Shown here one piece after another: positions 1-10,737 of a DNA stretch of 64,000 nucleotides (position 1 is the first letter of the stretch; each line of letters begins with the position of its first letter). Origin of the DNA: Deltaproteobacteria bacterium (GTDB lineage: Bacteria; Desulfobacterota; WTBG01; CAIYCZ01; CAIRTM01); contig JAJRXD010000018.1 in assembly GCA_024276465.1 (NCBI GenBank), forward strand, positions 18,997 to 82,996, in the 5' to 3' direction. The position numbers were made by a program, and so were the translations under genes. The notes under the pieces are model-generated. The model was not told the origin of the DNA. It was given only the letters and a program-made list of their open reading frames with translations, and made no database searches.

Positions 1-177
1 TTTCAGCAGCAGAGTTTGCTGCTGCGCTGTTTCCAATTATTATATACTGTGCCATGGTTACACCCCATTAATTGAAAAATTGTGTTTTCAGAAAACCTGT
101 CTAAAGATTAATATATGAAATTTGCGATGCAAATCACATATATTAATTATTATAACAACAGGATTGACAGTAACAGA

Positions 178-777
178 TCAGCTTTGCTCTATTATTGTCC
201 TGCCCAGACTGCAGGCCTCTTCAATGATTTCAGGATGTTTTAAAACAGCCCCCTTTGAATCGATATTCCTGTATACAAGATAGCGGGTAAAGTCAATATT
301 CAACACGTCAAAAAAGTAACGGACTGTTAGAAAAATTCCATCAAAATTTTTTTTACCTTTGGAACCGCTTACGGAGAGAAAAACACCTTTGCCCTTCTCC
401 CCCCTCACATCGCCGGGTTTTTTGTTAAGCAGGTATTTTTTTACCCAGAAACACTGGCACCTGTCAACCATTGCTTTTGCACAGGCATTAAGCCCATAGA
501 AAAAAACCGGGGCGGAGAATACGACCATATCAGATTCAGTTAAAAGCGAATAAACACTTTGCATGTCGTCTTTGAGAACACATTTTCCAGTGTTGTCACA
601 TCCACCGCATTCGATGCAGGGTGAAAACTCAAGATCCCTGATGAATATCTCATTTACATTTACATCGTGCTCTTTAATGCCGCGGAGGAATGCTTTCAAC
701 AGCAGATCCGTGTTGCCGTTTTTTCTCGGGCTACCGTATATGGCAGTTATGTTCATTTCAATGTTCAGCTCAATCAA
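178..777 (-). CDS. NADPH-dependent FMN reductase / iron-sulfur flavoprotein-like (flavodoxin fold)
   Basis: Translation begins MNITAIYGSPRKNGNT. Flavodoxin-like FMN reductase pattern. Compact Cys cluster CIECGGCDNTGKC as in Isf-type iron-sulfur flavoproteins. Confidence 0.6.
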   Translation of the reverse strand: MIELNIEMNITAIYGSPRKNGNTDLLLKAFLRGIKEHDVNVNEIFIRDLEFSPCIECGGCDNTGKCVLKDDMQSVYSLLTESDMVVFSAPVFFYGLNACAKAMVDRCQCFWVKKYLLNKKPGDVRGEKGKGVFLSVSGSKGKKNFDGIFLTVRYFFDVLNIDFTRYLVYRNIDSKGAVLKHPEIIEEACSLGRTIIEQS

Positions 778-2164
778 GATTAATATTAATCTTTAAACTT
801 TTTGCAGCCATATCAACAACTGGAAGGACTGGCGCGTCTTTGCCTAAGAGAAAATTTGCTACTGACTGGGGGTATGAGCGATAGCGCAAAACAGCTTTCA
901 CGTCAAGATGTCCTTTTGTGTTTTTTGGCACCAGGAATGAATAGTTTTCAATAGCTGAGCCCTTGGGGGGAATGGTCCTGTTGTATTCGAACCTGGTCAT
1001 CTCCCAGGGCTTGACAGTGTGTTTTCCGTCCTTGTCCACAGAATATGCATTAAATATCCTGGAATCTTTTTCTATGTTTCCCTGGGCATCAAGAGCGCCT
1101 GAACTGAAAATATTTTTTCCATTTTTGTCTGTCACCCTGACATCTAACCACATCTGCCTTACCTCGGTCAGGCTTGTGGGCAGGTTGTGCCCTGCTCCTA
1201 TGTTGGTTACCTTAACATTTACGGTGACCATACCGCCTGGTTTAGATGATTGAGGAGCCATAAGTTTCAGCTCAGCAGCGCTTTTAAGGCGTGCTTCAGC
1301 GATTCCGGCATGTTTTTCAGAGCCCAGAAGGGCAGGGACAGTAAAGTTTGCACCAACAAATTCGTGCGTAAACATGTTGTCCCGGTCAGGACCATTGATG
1401 CAGGGTTTGCCGGGGTTTTTGGGCCTTTTGAGGGTTTTCGCAGCCTCAATGGCCTTTTCAACAGGCATCATGTGACAATCCTGGCATTGAATACCTTTCT
1501 GTGCGTAAACAGAATACTTCCATTCGTCGTAGGTTCTCTCAATATGAAAGTTGTTAATTGGGTGAAAAACCTGATGACAGTTTGCACAGAATTCAGATTT
1601 TGTGTGCAGCTCGGAATATGCTGTTTCATGGTGGGGCGACTCTGAGTCCTTGTATGGCCCCCTTTTCACGTTACCCGGAGCAAGGACAATCGAGGCATTT
1701 TGCGGCTCATTGGTCGGGGTTTTATGGGATGAACTTTCTTTAATCGTGTGACACAGGTCACAGTGAACACCTTCTTTTGCAATGTCGCTGGTTTGAAATT
1801 CACCATTTTTAAAAGTCAGGTCATTTGATACAACACCAACTCCTGCGTGGCAGCCACCACAAAGGTTGTCAGTCAACCCGTCAGTTTCCTTTGCACCCAG
1901 TTTCCAGAGAGCTGTAAATACAGGGTCAACAAAAGCATTAGAGTGCATAGAGCCTTTCCACTGTTTGTAAATCTCTGTATGACAACCTGAACAGACGAGC
2001 GAAGACTCAAAATCGCTGGATTTTACTGCCTTTCCTGTGTCGGTATTAATGAGCGACGGGAAAAAAGGGTGTTTTTTATTTTCAGCCTCACCTGCATAAA
2101 GCATGAAGCTGAAAAACAGAAAACAGGTCAGACATGTTAATGTAATAAAAAAGCGTTTTACCAT
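770..2164 (-). CDS. multiheme c-type cytochrome, secreted
   Basis: N-terminal signal peptide. At least five CxxCH haem-binding motifs: CSGCH, CGGCH, CDLCH, CANCH, CQDCH. Confidence 0.75.
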   Translation of the reverse strand: MVKRFFITLTCLTCFLFFSFMLYAGEAENKKHPFFPSLINTDTGKAVKSSDFESSLVCSGCHTEIYKQWKGSMHSNAFVDPVFTALWKLGAKETDGLTDNLCGGCHAGVGVVSNDLTFKNGEFQTSDIAKEGVHCDLCHTIKESSSHKTPTNEPQNASIVLAPGNVKRGPYKDSESPHHETAYSELHTKSEFCANCHQVFHPINNFHIERTYDEWKYSVYAQKGIQCQDCHMMPVEKAIEAAKTLKRPKNPGKPCINGPDRDNMFTHEFVGANFTVPALLGSEKHAGIAEARLKSAAELKLMAPQSSKPGGMVTVNVKVTNIGAGHNLPTSLTEVRQMWLDVRVTDKNGKNIFSSGALDAQGNIEKDSRIFNAYSVDKDGKHTVKPWEMTRFEYNRTIPPKGSAIENYSFLVPKNTKGHLDVKAVLRYRSYPQSVANFLLGKDAPVLPVVDMAAKSLKININLD

Positions 2165-2197
2165 TTTAACCTCCTTAAACTTTGCTGAAATAATTCA

Positions 2198-2587
2198 TTA
2201 TTTACTGCATTCAGGGCATATTCCCATGAACTCAAGTCTGTGTCCAATCACTTTGTATCCGCATGTTCTGCTGATACTTTTGTCCAGGCTTTGTATCCGG
2301 TCCAGGTCAACATCGTCAACCTTGCCACAGTCAAGGCACCTGATATGATAATGCTCTTCAGGGTTGCCGTCAAATCTCTTTTGCCTTCCTCCTACTTCAA
2401 TCTTCTGTACCAGCCCCTGGTCAGTCAGAAATTCTAAATTTCGATAAACTGTTGCCAGGCTGATCCTTGGCAACCTCTGCCTTACCTGGTCGTAAAGCTC
2501 ATCAGCGCTTGGATGTGTTCTTACGGACTTTAATTCTTCAAGAATAACTTCACGCTGGTGGGTTATTCTCGGTTTGCCATGTTTCAT
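2198..2587 (-). CDS. perR: Fur-family transcriptional regulator (PerR-like)
   Basis: 129 aa. C-terminal CxxC...CxxC zinc motifs (CLDCG...CPEC). His-rich metal site. Sits immediately upstream of dfx and rbr, as in PerR regulons of anaerobes. Confidence 0.7.
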   Translation of the reverse strand: MKHGKPRITHQREVILEELKSVRTHPSADELYDQVRQRLPRISLATVYRNLEFLTDQGLVQKIEVGGRQKRFDGNPEEHYHIRCLDCGKVDDVDLDRIQSLDKSISRTCGYKVIGHRLEFMGICPECSK

Positions 2588-2758
2588 TGTTTGCTACACT
2601 AATATTGGCGACTTTGTCAAAAGTCCTTCTGCTTCGCTGTAACCTTCCGGATCCGGCAGGGACGAAGTAATAACAACTAAGGGCTCTGCGAACCATGTGC
2701 CCGGAGCTTTTTACTCTGTCGTCTGTTTCCCGGCTTTTTACGGGATCACCAAGCTTTT

Positions 2759-3136
2759 TTAATCATTTTTCCACATTCCATGAACGTTACAGTAAGCGCG
2801 GACACTCTTTATATTGCCATCAATAACAAAGCTTGCCTCAGGCTTTCCACCGGGCTTAAGATATTCACGATAGAGCTTACTGTCAGTTAAAACTCCAATA
2901 ACTTCAATATAGTGGTTTTCCTCCATGGGGTGTGAAACACTGCCAACTTTTACAGTTACGTTAGCACCGTTTTTTTCAACAACAGGTACATGCTTTTCTT
3001 TTGCTGCATCAACACTGTTTTCTATCTGCTGGTTCATCTCCTGTCCACAGCAGATCAAATTTCCTGCCGCAGCATGTATGATGCCTGCTATGTTGCCACA
3101 CTTGTCGCATTTGTAAACCTCGTTTTGCTGTGTCAT
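2759..3136 (-). CDS. dfx: desulfoferrodoxin (superoxide reductase, class I)
   Basis: 125 aa. N-terminal desulforedoxin-like CxxC...CC site (CDKCGN...LICCG). C-terminal neelaredoxin domain (HYIEVIG...CNVHGMW). Confidence 0.85.
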   Translation of the reverse strand: MTQQNEVYKCDKCGNIAGIIHAAAGNLICCGQEMNQQIENSVDAAKEKHVPVVEKNGANVTVKVGSVSHPMEENHYIEVIGVLTDSKLYREYLKPGGKPEASFVIDGNIKSVRAYCNVHGMWKND

Positions 3137-3167
3137 GGTTTGTCTCCTAAAAACTATGTTTAGTGTT

Positions 3168-3749
3168 TTAAAAATTTTCTGCCATTATTTCAAAGTATGC
3201 TTTTGGATGATTACACGCAGGGCATTTTTCAGGTGCACCAGGTGCTTCAATAACTCTGCCACATTTGCGGCACCTCCATTTTACGGTTTTGTCCTTTTTG
3301 AATACTGTTTTGTTTTCGATATTCTCTCTCAAAGATTGATAACGGTTTTCATGCTCTTTTTCAGCCTCTGCTATCTGCCGGAAGCTCTCTGCTATGCCCG
3401 GGAACCCCTCTTCATCTGCTGTTTTTGCAGCCTCGGGATAAAGCTTTGTCCACTCCTCATTCTCGCCAGCAATTGAAGCCTTCAGGTGACTGAGAGTATC
3501 AGCAAAAACTACAGGGTAGGATGCATTGACATCCACTTCAGCTTCACCTAAATTATCAGCAAGATGTCTGAAAAATGTTTTGGCATGCACCCCCTCATTA
3601 TCAGCAGTGTCAAGGAAAATTGAAGCTATCTGTTCATAGCCCTCCTTTTTTGCAGTACTGGCAAAAAAGGTATACCTGTTACGTGCCTGTGATTCACCTG
3701 CAAAAGAATTCATCAAGTTACACATGGTTTTACTGCCTTTAAAATCCAT
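3168..3749 (-). CDS. rbr: rubrerythrin
   Basis: 193 aa. Ferritin-like di-iron domain (E..H motifs). C-terminal rubredoxin-like CxxC...CxxC (CRKCG...CPACNHP). Confidence 0.85.
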   Translation of the reverse strand: MDFKGSKTMCNLMNSFAGESQARNRYTFFASTAKKEGYEQIASIFLDTADNEGVHAKTFFRHLADNLGEAEVDVNASYPVVFADTLSHLKASIAGENEEWTKLYPEAAKTADEEGFPGIAESFRQIAEAEKEHENRYQSLRENIENKTVFKKDKTVKWRCRKCGRVIEAPGAPEKCPACNHPKAYFEIMAENF

Positions 3750-3946
3750 TGCTTACTCCTTTCATATTAAGTGGTTATGTCAAAAGTTTTTATTTTTTCA
3801 CAAAAAACAGACCCTGATTCAAGTAATAATAATTATTATTATCAATTAGTCAAGTTAATTTTTGCTTTTTTTTACCACATTTTTTAATGTTTCAAAAATT
3901 CCCCCCCTGCAATCCCTAAAATAAAGGGTTTTGTCTGCATGGCGCC

Positions 3947-4429
3947 CTAAAAGAAATCTATTTTTTTGCCGGTTTTATCACTGGTTTTTCTTGTGGCAAA
4001 AAACAGGAATGGCAACTCCTGTGTCAATTTGTTTCCTTCGATATATTCTGTGAGCCTGGCAATTCCTGTATAGTACATATCATATATTGCAATTCCTTTA
4101 AATGACAGTGAGTACTTACACCTCTTTTTTCTTTTGATCCTGAATTTTGCAGTTGCATCAAATATTGCCCTGTTGATATGGTAGGTTCCCTTTAAATCTG
4201 ACAAATGCTCTTTTTCCATGGCTATCTCAAAAAACCCGTTTTTATGCAACTGAAACTGAAAAGGACCGATCGAATTTCCGGTTTTCAAACTCATAAAAGT
4301 TACTGCATACCAGAGTTTGTCAGATTTTCCAGTGCTGTTATCAAAAGACAGTTCGGATGCCGGAAACAGAGGAAAAAGATTTAATAAAAAGAGAAAAAAA
4401 ACAGCTGATAAAAGATTTCCCCTAAACAC
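3947..4429 (-). CDS. hypothetical secreted protein
   Basis: Signal-peptide-like N-terminus (LLSAVFFLFLLNLFPLFPA). No motif recognised. Confidence 0.4.
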   Translation of the reverse strand: MFRGNLLSAVFFLFLLNLFPLFPASELSFDNSTGKSDKLWYAVTFMSLKTGNSIGPFQFQLHKNGFFEIAMEKEHLSDLKGTYHINRAIFDATAKFRIKRKKRCKYSLSFKGIAIYDMYYTGIARLTEYIEGNKLTQELPFLFFATRKTSDKTGKKIDFF

Positions 4430-4631
4430 TTTATTGTCTCCTTGCGAGTTAAAAACATTGGCCCTCTGCTGTTAAAGACGGGATCCCGGGCTGGTGTAGA
4501 ATGTTTTATGAAACCGCAGTTGCTGTTAAACAATCCTGTTTACTATTCAGGAGATTTGTAAGTTCTTTTGTTTTATCTTCAGTCCTTTTTAGAGGGCTTA
4601 TGAATACACCCCTGTGCATTGGGGTGGGATC

Positions 4632-5639
4632 TCAATTCAGCATTTTTTCCAGAAGAACTAATTGTTCCTGGTTGCCGATAGCTATGAAAATATCACCCTT
4701 TTCGATCTTTGAGCTGGCATGGGGCTGCAGAGTAAAAGACTTGTCATCCTTTCGAATAGCAAGCACCAGGGCACCTGACTTTTGTCTTATTTCCGCTTCA
4801 TGCAGTGTTTTGCCTATCAGGGAAGAGTGGTCACTTACAACAATTTCCTGCAGGTTTGATTCCTCAAGAGTTGTTCCATGAATTACCTTGTCTAAAAAAT
4901 CGGTTGTTATCGGCTTAATCGCCCATGCAGCCATTCTTTTTCCTGAAATATAGTAAGGTGAAATAATCCTGTTTGCACCAGCCATTTTCAGTTTTTTTTC
5001 TGTATCCCTTTCACCTGCACGGGCAATAATGTATAGATCAGGGTTTAAAGCTCGAGCTGAGAGAATGACATAGACATTGGCCACATCTGAATCAGCAGTA
5101 GTTATAAGTCCTTTTGCTGATTTTATTCCAGCCTTTTCCAGACTTTCATCCGAAATAATGTCACCAATGATGTAAGGAACACCCTTTTGTTCAAATTCAG
5201 CTGCAGTTTCAGGTTTTCTGTCTACTACCACATATTCAACATTTGCAGCATCAAACTCTTTTGCCACCTGATGTCCGGTTCTGCCCAGGCCACAAATTAT
5301 AAAATGGCTCTTCATTTCCCTAATCTTCCTGTTCATTTTTTTCTTTCTCCTGTACCCAAGGATTTCACCTTCAATAATTATTTCCATCAACTGTCCGGCA
5401 GCAAATATGGCTGTTCCGACTCCACCTATAATTATGAACATTGTTAACAGTCTGCCCGGAGTAGAAAGCTCGTGTGTCTCCTGAAACCCTACTGTAAACA
5501 GGGTTATAATAACCATGTAGATAGCGTCAAGAAAAGGCCATCTTTCAAACAGCATATACCCTGCTGTTCCAATAACAGCCACGACTAAAAGGATGATTGC
5601 CGATGGTATCAGTTGCCTGAAAGGGTTTTTTGTTTTCAT
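4632..5639 (-). CDS. potassium channel protein with RCK/TrkA domain
   Basis: Two TM helices flank a pore/selectivity-filter-like TVGFQE. Rossmann TrkA-N follows (FIICGLGRTGHQVAKEF), then a TrkA-C-like C-terminus. Confidence 0.7.
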   Translation of the reverse strand: MKTKNPFRQLIPSAIILLVVAVIGTAGYMLFERWPFLDAIYMVIITLFTVGFQETHELSTPGRLLTMFIIIGGVGTAIFAAGQLMEIIIEGEILGYRRKKKMNRKIREMKSHFIICGLGRTGHQVAKEFDAANVEYVVVDRKPETAAEFEQKGVPYIIGDIISDESLEKAGIKSAKGLITTADSDVANVYVILSARALNPDLYIIARAGERDTEKKLKMAGANRIISPYYISGKRMAAWAIKPITTDFLDKVIHGTTLEESNLQEIVVSDHSSLIGKTLHEAEIRQKSGALVLAIRKDDKSFTLQPHASSKIEKGDIFIAIGNQEQLVLLEKMLN

Positions 5640-7055
5640 GCTTTTTGCAGTTAACCCCAGGATTGCGCCCCCTGAACACTTACAGTATGGCGGCAGAAAA
5701 AAATCAACAAAGCCTTGCCGGTCATTGAAATCCGGTGGAAATCAAGGCACATCAATACGTTAGCTGTTGAGTTATTTGTAACCATTTTTATAGTCATAAT
5801 CAAGAAAATAATCAATGGCTGCAGGATGTCCCGATTTCAGGGGTATGAATTAGCTTTTTACAAAGCTGCAAAGATTCTATGTTTGATGGTGTAAAAGAGA
5901 AGAGTAAAAGCCTGGAGATTATCTGTTTTCCCTTTACCACCCGAACAGATTATCTGTCAGGTGGCAAGGGAAAATAAAAAAGGAGGAAAAATTTAAATCA
6001 GAAATTTTCAGTATCATGTTTCTACTGCTAATTCTGAGTTAGAACATAGCAGGAATGTCTTTGTACCCCAGAGAAAGCTGGTCAAACACAAGCTGATCAT
6101 ATGAATTTTGTACTGACCCGCGTTTCTCATTACGTATTCCTGCATATGTTAGTGTTACTGTAACAACTATGGCAATAACCGTGATTAGTATTTTCTTTGT
6201 TATAACTTTCATTTTTTGTTTCTCCCTGTTATCCGGTTTTGAATATTTAAGCCGCTTCTCAGGCATATTTTGAATGGTTGTCTTCCTGCAGCGTTACTTT
6301 ATAGACAAATATAGAGCAGATGTATGAATTGACTATGGAAAGAGTGTAAAAGTTTTGGTAGAATTGTAAAAATTGTAAATTTAAGCCCGCATTGATGCTG
6401 GCCTGGTACTGTAATGTCGGTTTCTATTGTGTTACGGGAGCTGTTGTACCACCACTTTCTACAGTCCCAGAGTCCCGGGGCTCAGGTATCCGAAATCAAT
6501 TGCGTTGATTCTGTCGCGTCTGCCGAATTTATTGCTGCTGGTGGAGCCACCGGAAAAGAATTGAAATTTTGACCCGCGCTGCTTACCGCACTCCATTCAT
6601 CCATTGTGTCCTGTATGACCTGCAGCATTTCATTAACAATAACTTAAGACAATCACATGAAACACAGTCACTGAATATACCCTGCTTAATCCGCATATGC
6701 CACTGTTAAATTGGAATTCCAGTCTGAGACCTGGTTTATTGTTGTCAAGATTTTTTTACTCATGAGCTGTCAAAATTTTGGCGCTATAAACTGAATTTTT
6801 ATTACCTGCAAACCCCTTTTCCGGATTGCAAGGAAGTTTTATACGCTGTCCATCACCAGTGTTTTAGTGATATTTTAAAAGCAAAATCAAGTAACTACAG
6901 GCGCTGAAAAGCTTTATAACAGGTTTTTCTCCCGGACTGTTTTTTAACAAGTGTACTTAAGGCATAATCTTTGCATTTTTGTACAAAACAGGAATGATCA
7001 AGCAACAAAACCAGATAAATTTTACACCTTTCTACTAAGTTGAGGAGGTAAGACC

Positions 7056-8501
7056 ATGCCGCAACAACTGGCAAAAAAAGAGACAATTACAAAACTGGAA
7101 GATAGAAGAAACAATGCATTTATCAGAACAAGACAGAGAAGAAATTTTGACAGGAGGGGGTCGTTCAGGGTAGGGGCGAATGCCCTTGCTTTGTTAACTG
7201 AAGGAGATGTAAGAGTATCAGGTATTGTAAAGGACATCAGTGAATCAGGGGCTTGTGTGGAGATTAAAGGCATTGAAAAAAAAGAATGGCAGAGCTTTAA
7301 ACTGGCAGTCCCTATTATGCTTGATAAAAAAATAAATTGTGTAATGAAATGGTCTGAAAACATTAACAGTCACGGGATTTACGGATTAAAATTTTTAGAT
7401 TTAGACAGCGATGAAAAAACCGACTTAAGAAGGAGATTTTTATTAGATGAGACCCTGCTAATGGCACATGCTGCAAGCGTAGTAAAAAAAACAGATGATT
7501 TGCAGATAAAACAGGAGATAAGAGGTTTTTTCCTGATTGATTTAAAGATGGCACTTGAAAGCTTTATTGTAATTGACAAAATGGTTGCAACTAATGAGGA
7601 TGACAGGGAAATTAATGAGAAGTGTAGGGAAACATTAGATAAACTGGCAGCTGCCGGAGACAGGCTGGAGCTGTCTGTAAATGATGCGAGCCTGACCAAG
7701 GCTGTTAAGCAGAGGGTAAGATTTTTAATAGGTCAATTCATTTATCAATCCACAGTTTTCAGGAGGGGATTTGAAAAGCCGCGGGGTTATCCGGGAGATT
7801 ACATGATGCTGGAGATTGTATATAACGATGACGAAGTGTCTGAGGGCATTGGGAAATATATTGACCGGTATGGTCTGGATGTTCCTTACTCAATTGCTAT
7901 TCGTTTGAGAAAGGATAAAATGAAGGAAATTCTATATGATTTTATTAACAACAGCACAGAAGACAAGCTGAATATTTTAAACCTTGCATCAGGGGCCTGC
8001 AGAGACATAAGGGAAATGTTTGACCGCCCTATAAAATATAAAGGTAAAGTAAACCTTATGTGCATTGACCAGGATGAGGTGGCTATAGAATACGCGCATA
8101 AAAAGATATCAGAAATTGATACTGGAAACATAGATATTAATCTGATTCAGGGCAATATTTTAAGGCTGGAATCCCTTGAAATTGGTGCAGACAACAGCCT
8201 TGACATGGTTTACAGTATAGGAATTGCAGATTATCTGCAGGACCGGATGCTGGATAAGATATTTAAGAACTGTTATAAAAAGTTAAAACCAGGTGGCAAG
8301 CTTGTAATAGCATATAAAGACAGGGAAAGACATAAGCCCGTTTCCCTGAACTGGTATGGAGACTGGTGTTTTGTCCCAAGAAACGAGGAAGAATTTACAG
8401 GGCTTATTAATGCTGCTATGGGCAGAGAAAATATTTCTGTTAGCATTGAAAGGGAAAGTTCAGGAGTAATATTTTTTGCTGAGATAACCAAAAACAGATA
8501 G
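7056..8501 (+). CDS. PilZ domain fused to class I SAM-dependent methyltransferase
   Basis: N-terminus carries the PilZ c-di-GMP motifs RxxxR (RTRQRRNFDRR) and DxSxxG (DISESGACV). C-terminus carries methyltransferase motif I (ILNLASGACRD) and a Rossmann fold. Strong RBS GAGGAGG. Confidence 0.7.
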   Translation: MPQQLAKKETITKLEDRRNNAFIRTRQRRNFDRRGSFRVGANALALLTEGDVRVSGIVKDISESGACVEIKGIEKKEWQSFKLAVPIMLDKKINCVMKWSENINSHGIYGLKFLDLDSDEKTDLRRRFLLDETLLMAHAASVVKKTDDLQIKQEIRGFFLIDLKMALESFIVIDKMVATNEDDREINEKCRETLDKLAAAGDRLELSVNDASLTKAVKQRVRFLIGQFIYQSTVFRRGFEKPRGYPGDYMMLEIVYNDDEVSEGIGKYIDRYGLDVPYSIAIRLRKDKMKEILYDFINNSTEDKLNILNLASGACRDIREMFDRPIKYKGKVNLMCIDQDEVAIEYAHKKISEIDTGNIDINLIQGNILRLESLEIGADNSLDMVYSIGIADYLQDRMLDKIFKNCYKKLKPGGKLVIAYKDRERHKPVSLNWYGDWCFVPRNEEEFTGLINAAMGRENISVSIERESSGVIFFAEITKNR

Positions 8502-8507
8502 TTTGCA

Positions 8508-8547
8508 AAGTCCCTCCGGGATAAACTGCCGGAGGGACTTTGTTTTG
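8508..8547 (+). terminator. rho-independent terminator after the PilZ-methyltransferase gene
   Basis: Perfect 13-bp stem AAAGTCCCTCCGG/CCGGAGGGACTTT followed by GTTTTGC. Confidence 0.7.
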
Positions 8548-8775
8548 CATATACAAGTTCTTTATCTTTATAAACAGATCTGCTTCAGGATTGCTTACAG
8601 CCAAACTCAGTCCCACCGTAAAAACAAAATACAATTCAAGTATTAAGCAGCGAATCCGATAATATTACTTTATTTTTTTGGTTTTTAGAGCTTCTGACAA
8701 AGAGTTTTGTACCTCTCTCTACAGAGGTCTGTTTTTTTATGCTGGATGATTTATTGTGATCCGCGAAGGCAGGAA

Positions 8776-10725
8776 ATGAACGCGAAAGATGTGACAAAAA
8801 AGCAAAAGGATTCCGTTAAATTATCTGACTCTCCTGGAATGCGCGAAATGGGGTTAAATGCACTTACGCTGTCATTTCCTGCATATCTTGAAAAAATATT
8901 TATAGAGGACTACTTTGAAAAATCCCTGCAGCAGGTAAAAATCTCTGTTTTTCTCGCGATTGTATTCTTTGCACTGTTCGGAATACTTGATGTGGTATTG
9001 GTTCCGGAAATAAAGAAAGCGCTGTGGGGGATACGCTTCGGCTTTATCTGCCCCGGACTTATTGTAATTCTAATCATCTCATTTTTCCCTGTTTTCAAAA
9101 AACACATGCAGGTTTCTGTTTCCGTGTCAATGATATGGACCGGCTTTGGCATTATCGCGATGGTTGTAATTGCACCACCTCCAGCAAGTTTTTCCTACTA
9201 TGCAGGCTTGATTCTGGTGTTCATGTACGGGTACTGCTTTGTCAGACTGCGGTTTGTATGGGCAGCATTTGCAGGCTGGACAATAGTGGTTTTTTATGAA
9301 ATTGCGGCCATAGGAATAGGGCAGACCCCTGTTCCTGTTTTGGTAAACAATAATTTTTTCTTCATCAGTGCCAATATAATTGGCATGTTTGCCTGCTATT
9401 CAATGGAGTATTATGCAAGGAAAGATTTTTTCATGGCCCACCTTCTTGAAATAGAAAAGGAAAAAGTAAATGCTGTGAACCGTAAGCTGGAACAACGGGT
9501 CGAGAAGCGCACAACCCAGCTGGTTAAAGCCAATGAAGAGTTGAGGCGTGAAATGGAAGAGCGAAAACTGATGCAGCAGGAACTGTTACAGGCCCAGAAA
9601 ATGCAGGCCATAGGCACACTGGCAGGAGGGATTGCACATGACTTTAATAATATTCTTACAGCCATTATCTCCTATTCAGAGATAGGATTATATAAGAAGG
9701 ATATGAATAAAGAAAAAATAAAGTACAGTTTTGAACAGATTCTTAAAGCAGGGGGGAGGGCAAAAGAGGTAATAAAGCAGATTTTAACTTTCAGCAGGCA
9801 GCGTGATGAGCAATTAGGGCCGGTTAAGATAGGCGGGGTTGTGAAAGAAGCTTTAAAACTAATCTCTGCAACTCTTCCAAAAACCATTGATATCCGCGAG
9901 AACATAATGACTGATTCAGACACGGTTCTTGCAGATCCAACACAAATTCATCAGATATTAATGAATCTTTGCACCAATGCAGAACATGCCTTGAGAGAAA
10001 AAGGCGGTGTGATGGAAATAAGCCTTGGAGAAATCTGCATTCATTCTGAATCCCAGCAGCAGAATTTTGATCTGCTTCCGGGAACATACCTTGATCTCAG
10101 TGTAAAGGACACAGGTGCTGGAATGGAAGCTTCTGTAATGGAGAGGATTTTTGATCCTTTCTTTACCACAAAAGGACCGGCTGAGGGAACAGGTATGGGG
10201 CTTTCAGTGGTACATGGAATTGCAAAAAGCCATGGCGGAAAGGTAATAGTTGAAAGCGCTGTTGGAAAAGGCACCACGGTTCATGTGTTTTTTCCCAAGG
10301 CTGACATTAATGAAACATCTGCTGTCGAGAAAGAAGCACAGATGCCATTGGGAAATGAACGGATTCTTTTTGTAGATGATGAGGAAGCATTAATTGAAGT
10401 AGGCCAGGAAATGATTGAGGAATTCGGGTATGAGGTTGTCTGTAAAACTGATCCTGTTGAAGCTTTGGCTGTTTTTCGGGCCGAACCTCAAAAATTTGAT
10501 CTTGTTATCACCGACAAAAGTATGCCCCACATGAATGGTTTTGAGTTTGTTGAAAAATTGCTGGAAATCAGGCCTGATACGCCCGCGATTTTGTGTACTG
10601 GATTCAGCAGCACGGCTGAACTGGAAAAGGCCAGGGCCATAGGTTTCAGGGAGTTGATCATGAAGCCAGTGGTTATGCGTGAGATGGCTGTGACCATCCG
10701 CAGGGTTCTGGATCAGATCAATTAG
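8776..10725 (+). CDS. hybrid sensor histidine kinase / response regulator (membrane)
   Basis: Multi-TM N-terminus and a coiled coil. HisKA H-box (IAHDFNNILTAI). HATPase G-boxes. C-terminal receiver domain (ILFVDDEE...DLVITDKSMP). The ORF opens at 8707, but the ATG at 8776 has an AGGA RBS. Confidence 0.8.
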   Translation: MNAKDVTKKQKDSVKLSDSPGMREMGLNALTLSFPAYLEKIFIEDYFEKSLQQVKISVFLAIVFFALFGILDVVLVPEIKKALWGIRFGFICPGLIVILIISFFPVFKKHMQVSVSVSMIWTGFGIIAMVVIAPPPASFSYYAGLILVFMYGYCFVRLRFVWAAFAGWTIVVFYEIAAIGIGQTPVPVLVNNNFFFISANIIGMFACYSMEYYARKDFFMAHLLEIEKEKVNAVNRKLEQRVEKRTTQLVKANEELRREMEERKLMQQELLQAQKMQAIGTLAGGIAHDFNNILTAIISYSEIGLYKKDMNKEKIKYSFEQILKAGGRAKEVIKQILTFSRQRDEQLGPVKIGGVVKEALKLISATLPKTIDIRENIMTDSDTVLADPTQIHQILMNLCTNAEHALREKGGVMEISLGEICIHSESQQQNFDLLPGTYLDLSVKDTGAGMEASVMERIFDPFFTTKGPAEGTGMGLSVVHGIAKSHGGKVIVESAVGKGTTVHVFFPKADINETSAVEKEAQMPLGNERILFVDDEEALIEVGQEMIEEFGYEVVCKTDPVEALAVFRAEPQKFDLVITDKSMPHMNGFEFVEKLLEIRPDTPAILCTGFSSTAELEKARAIGFRELIMKPVVMREMAVTIRRVLDQIN

Positions 10726-10737
10726 GGAAGATGTCTC

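Noticed and set aside
963-1645. Several 60-130 aa ORFs antisense to the multiheme cytochrome gene
   Set aside because: Fully nested antisense in a well-supported CDS, which is typical shadow ORF behaviour.
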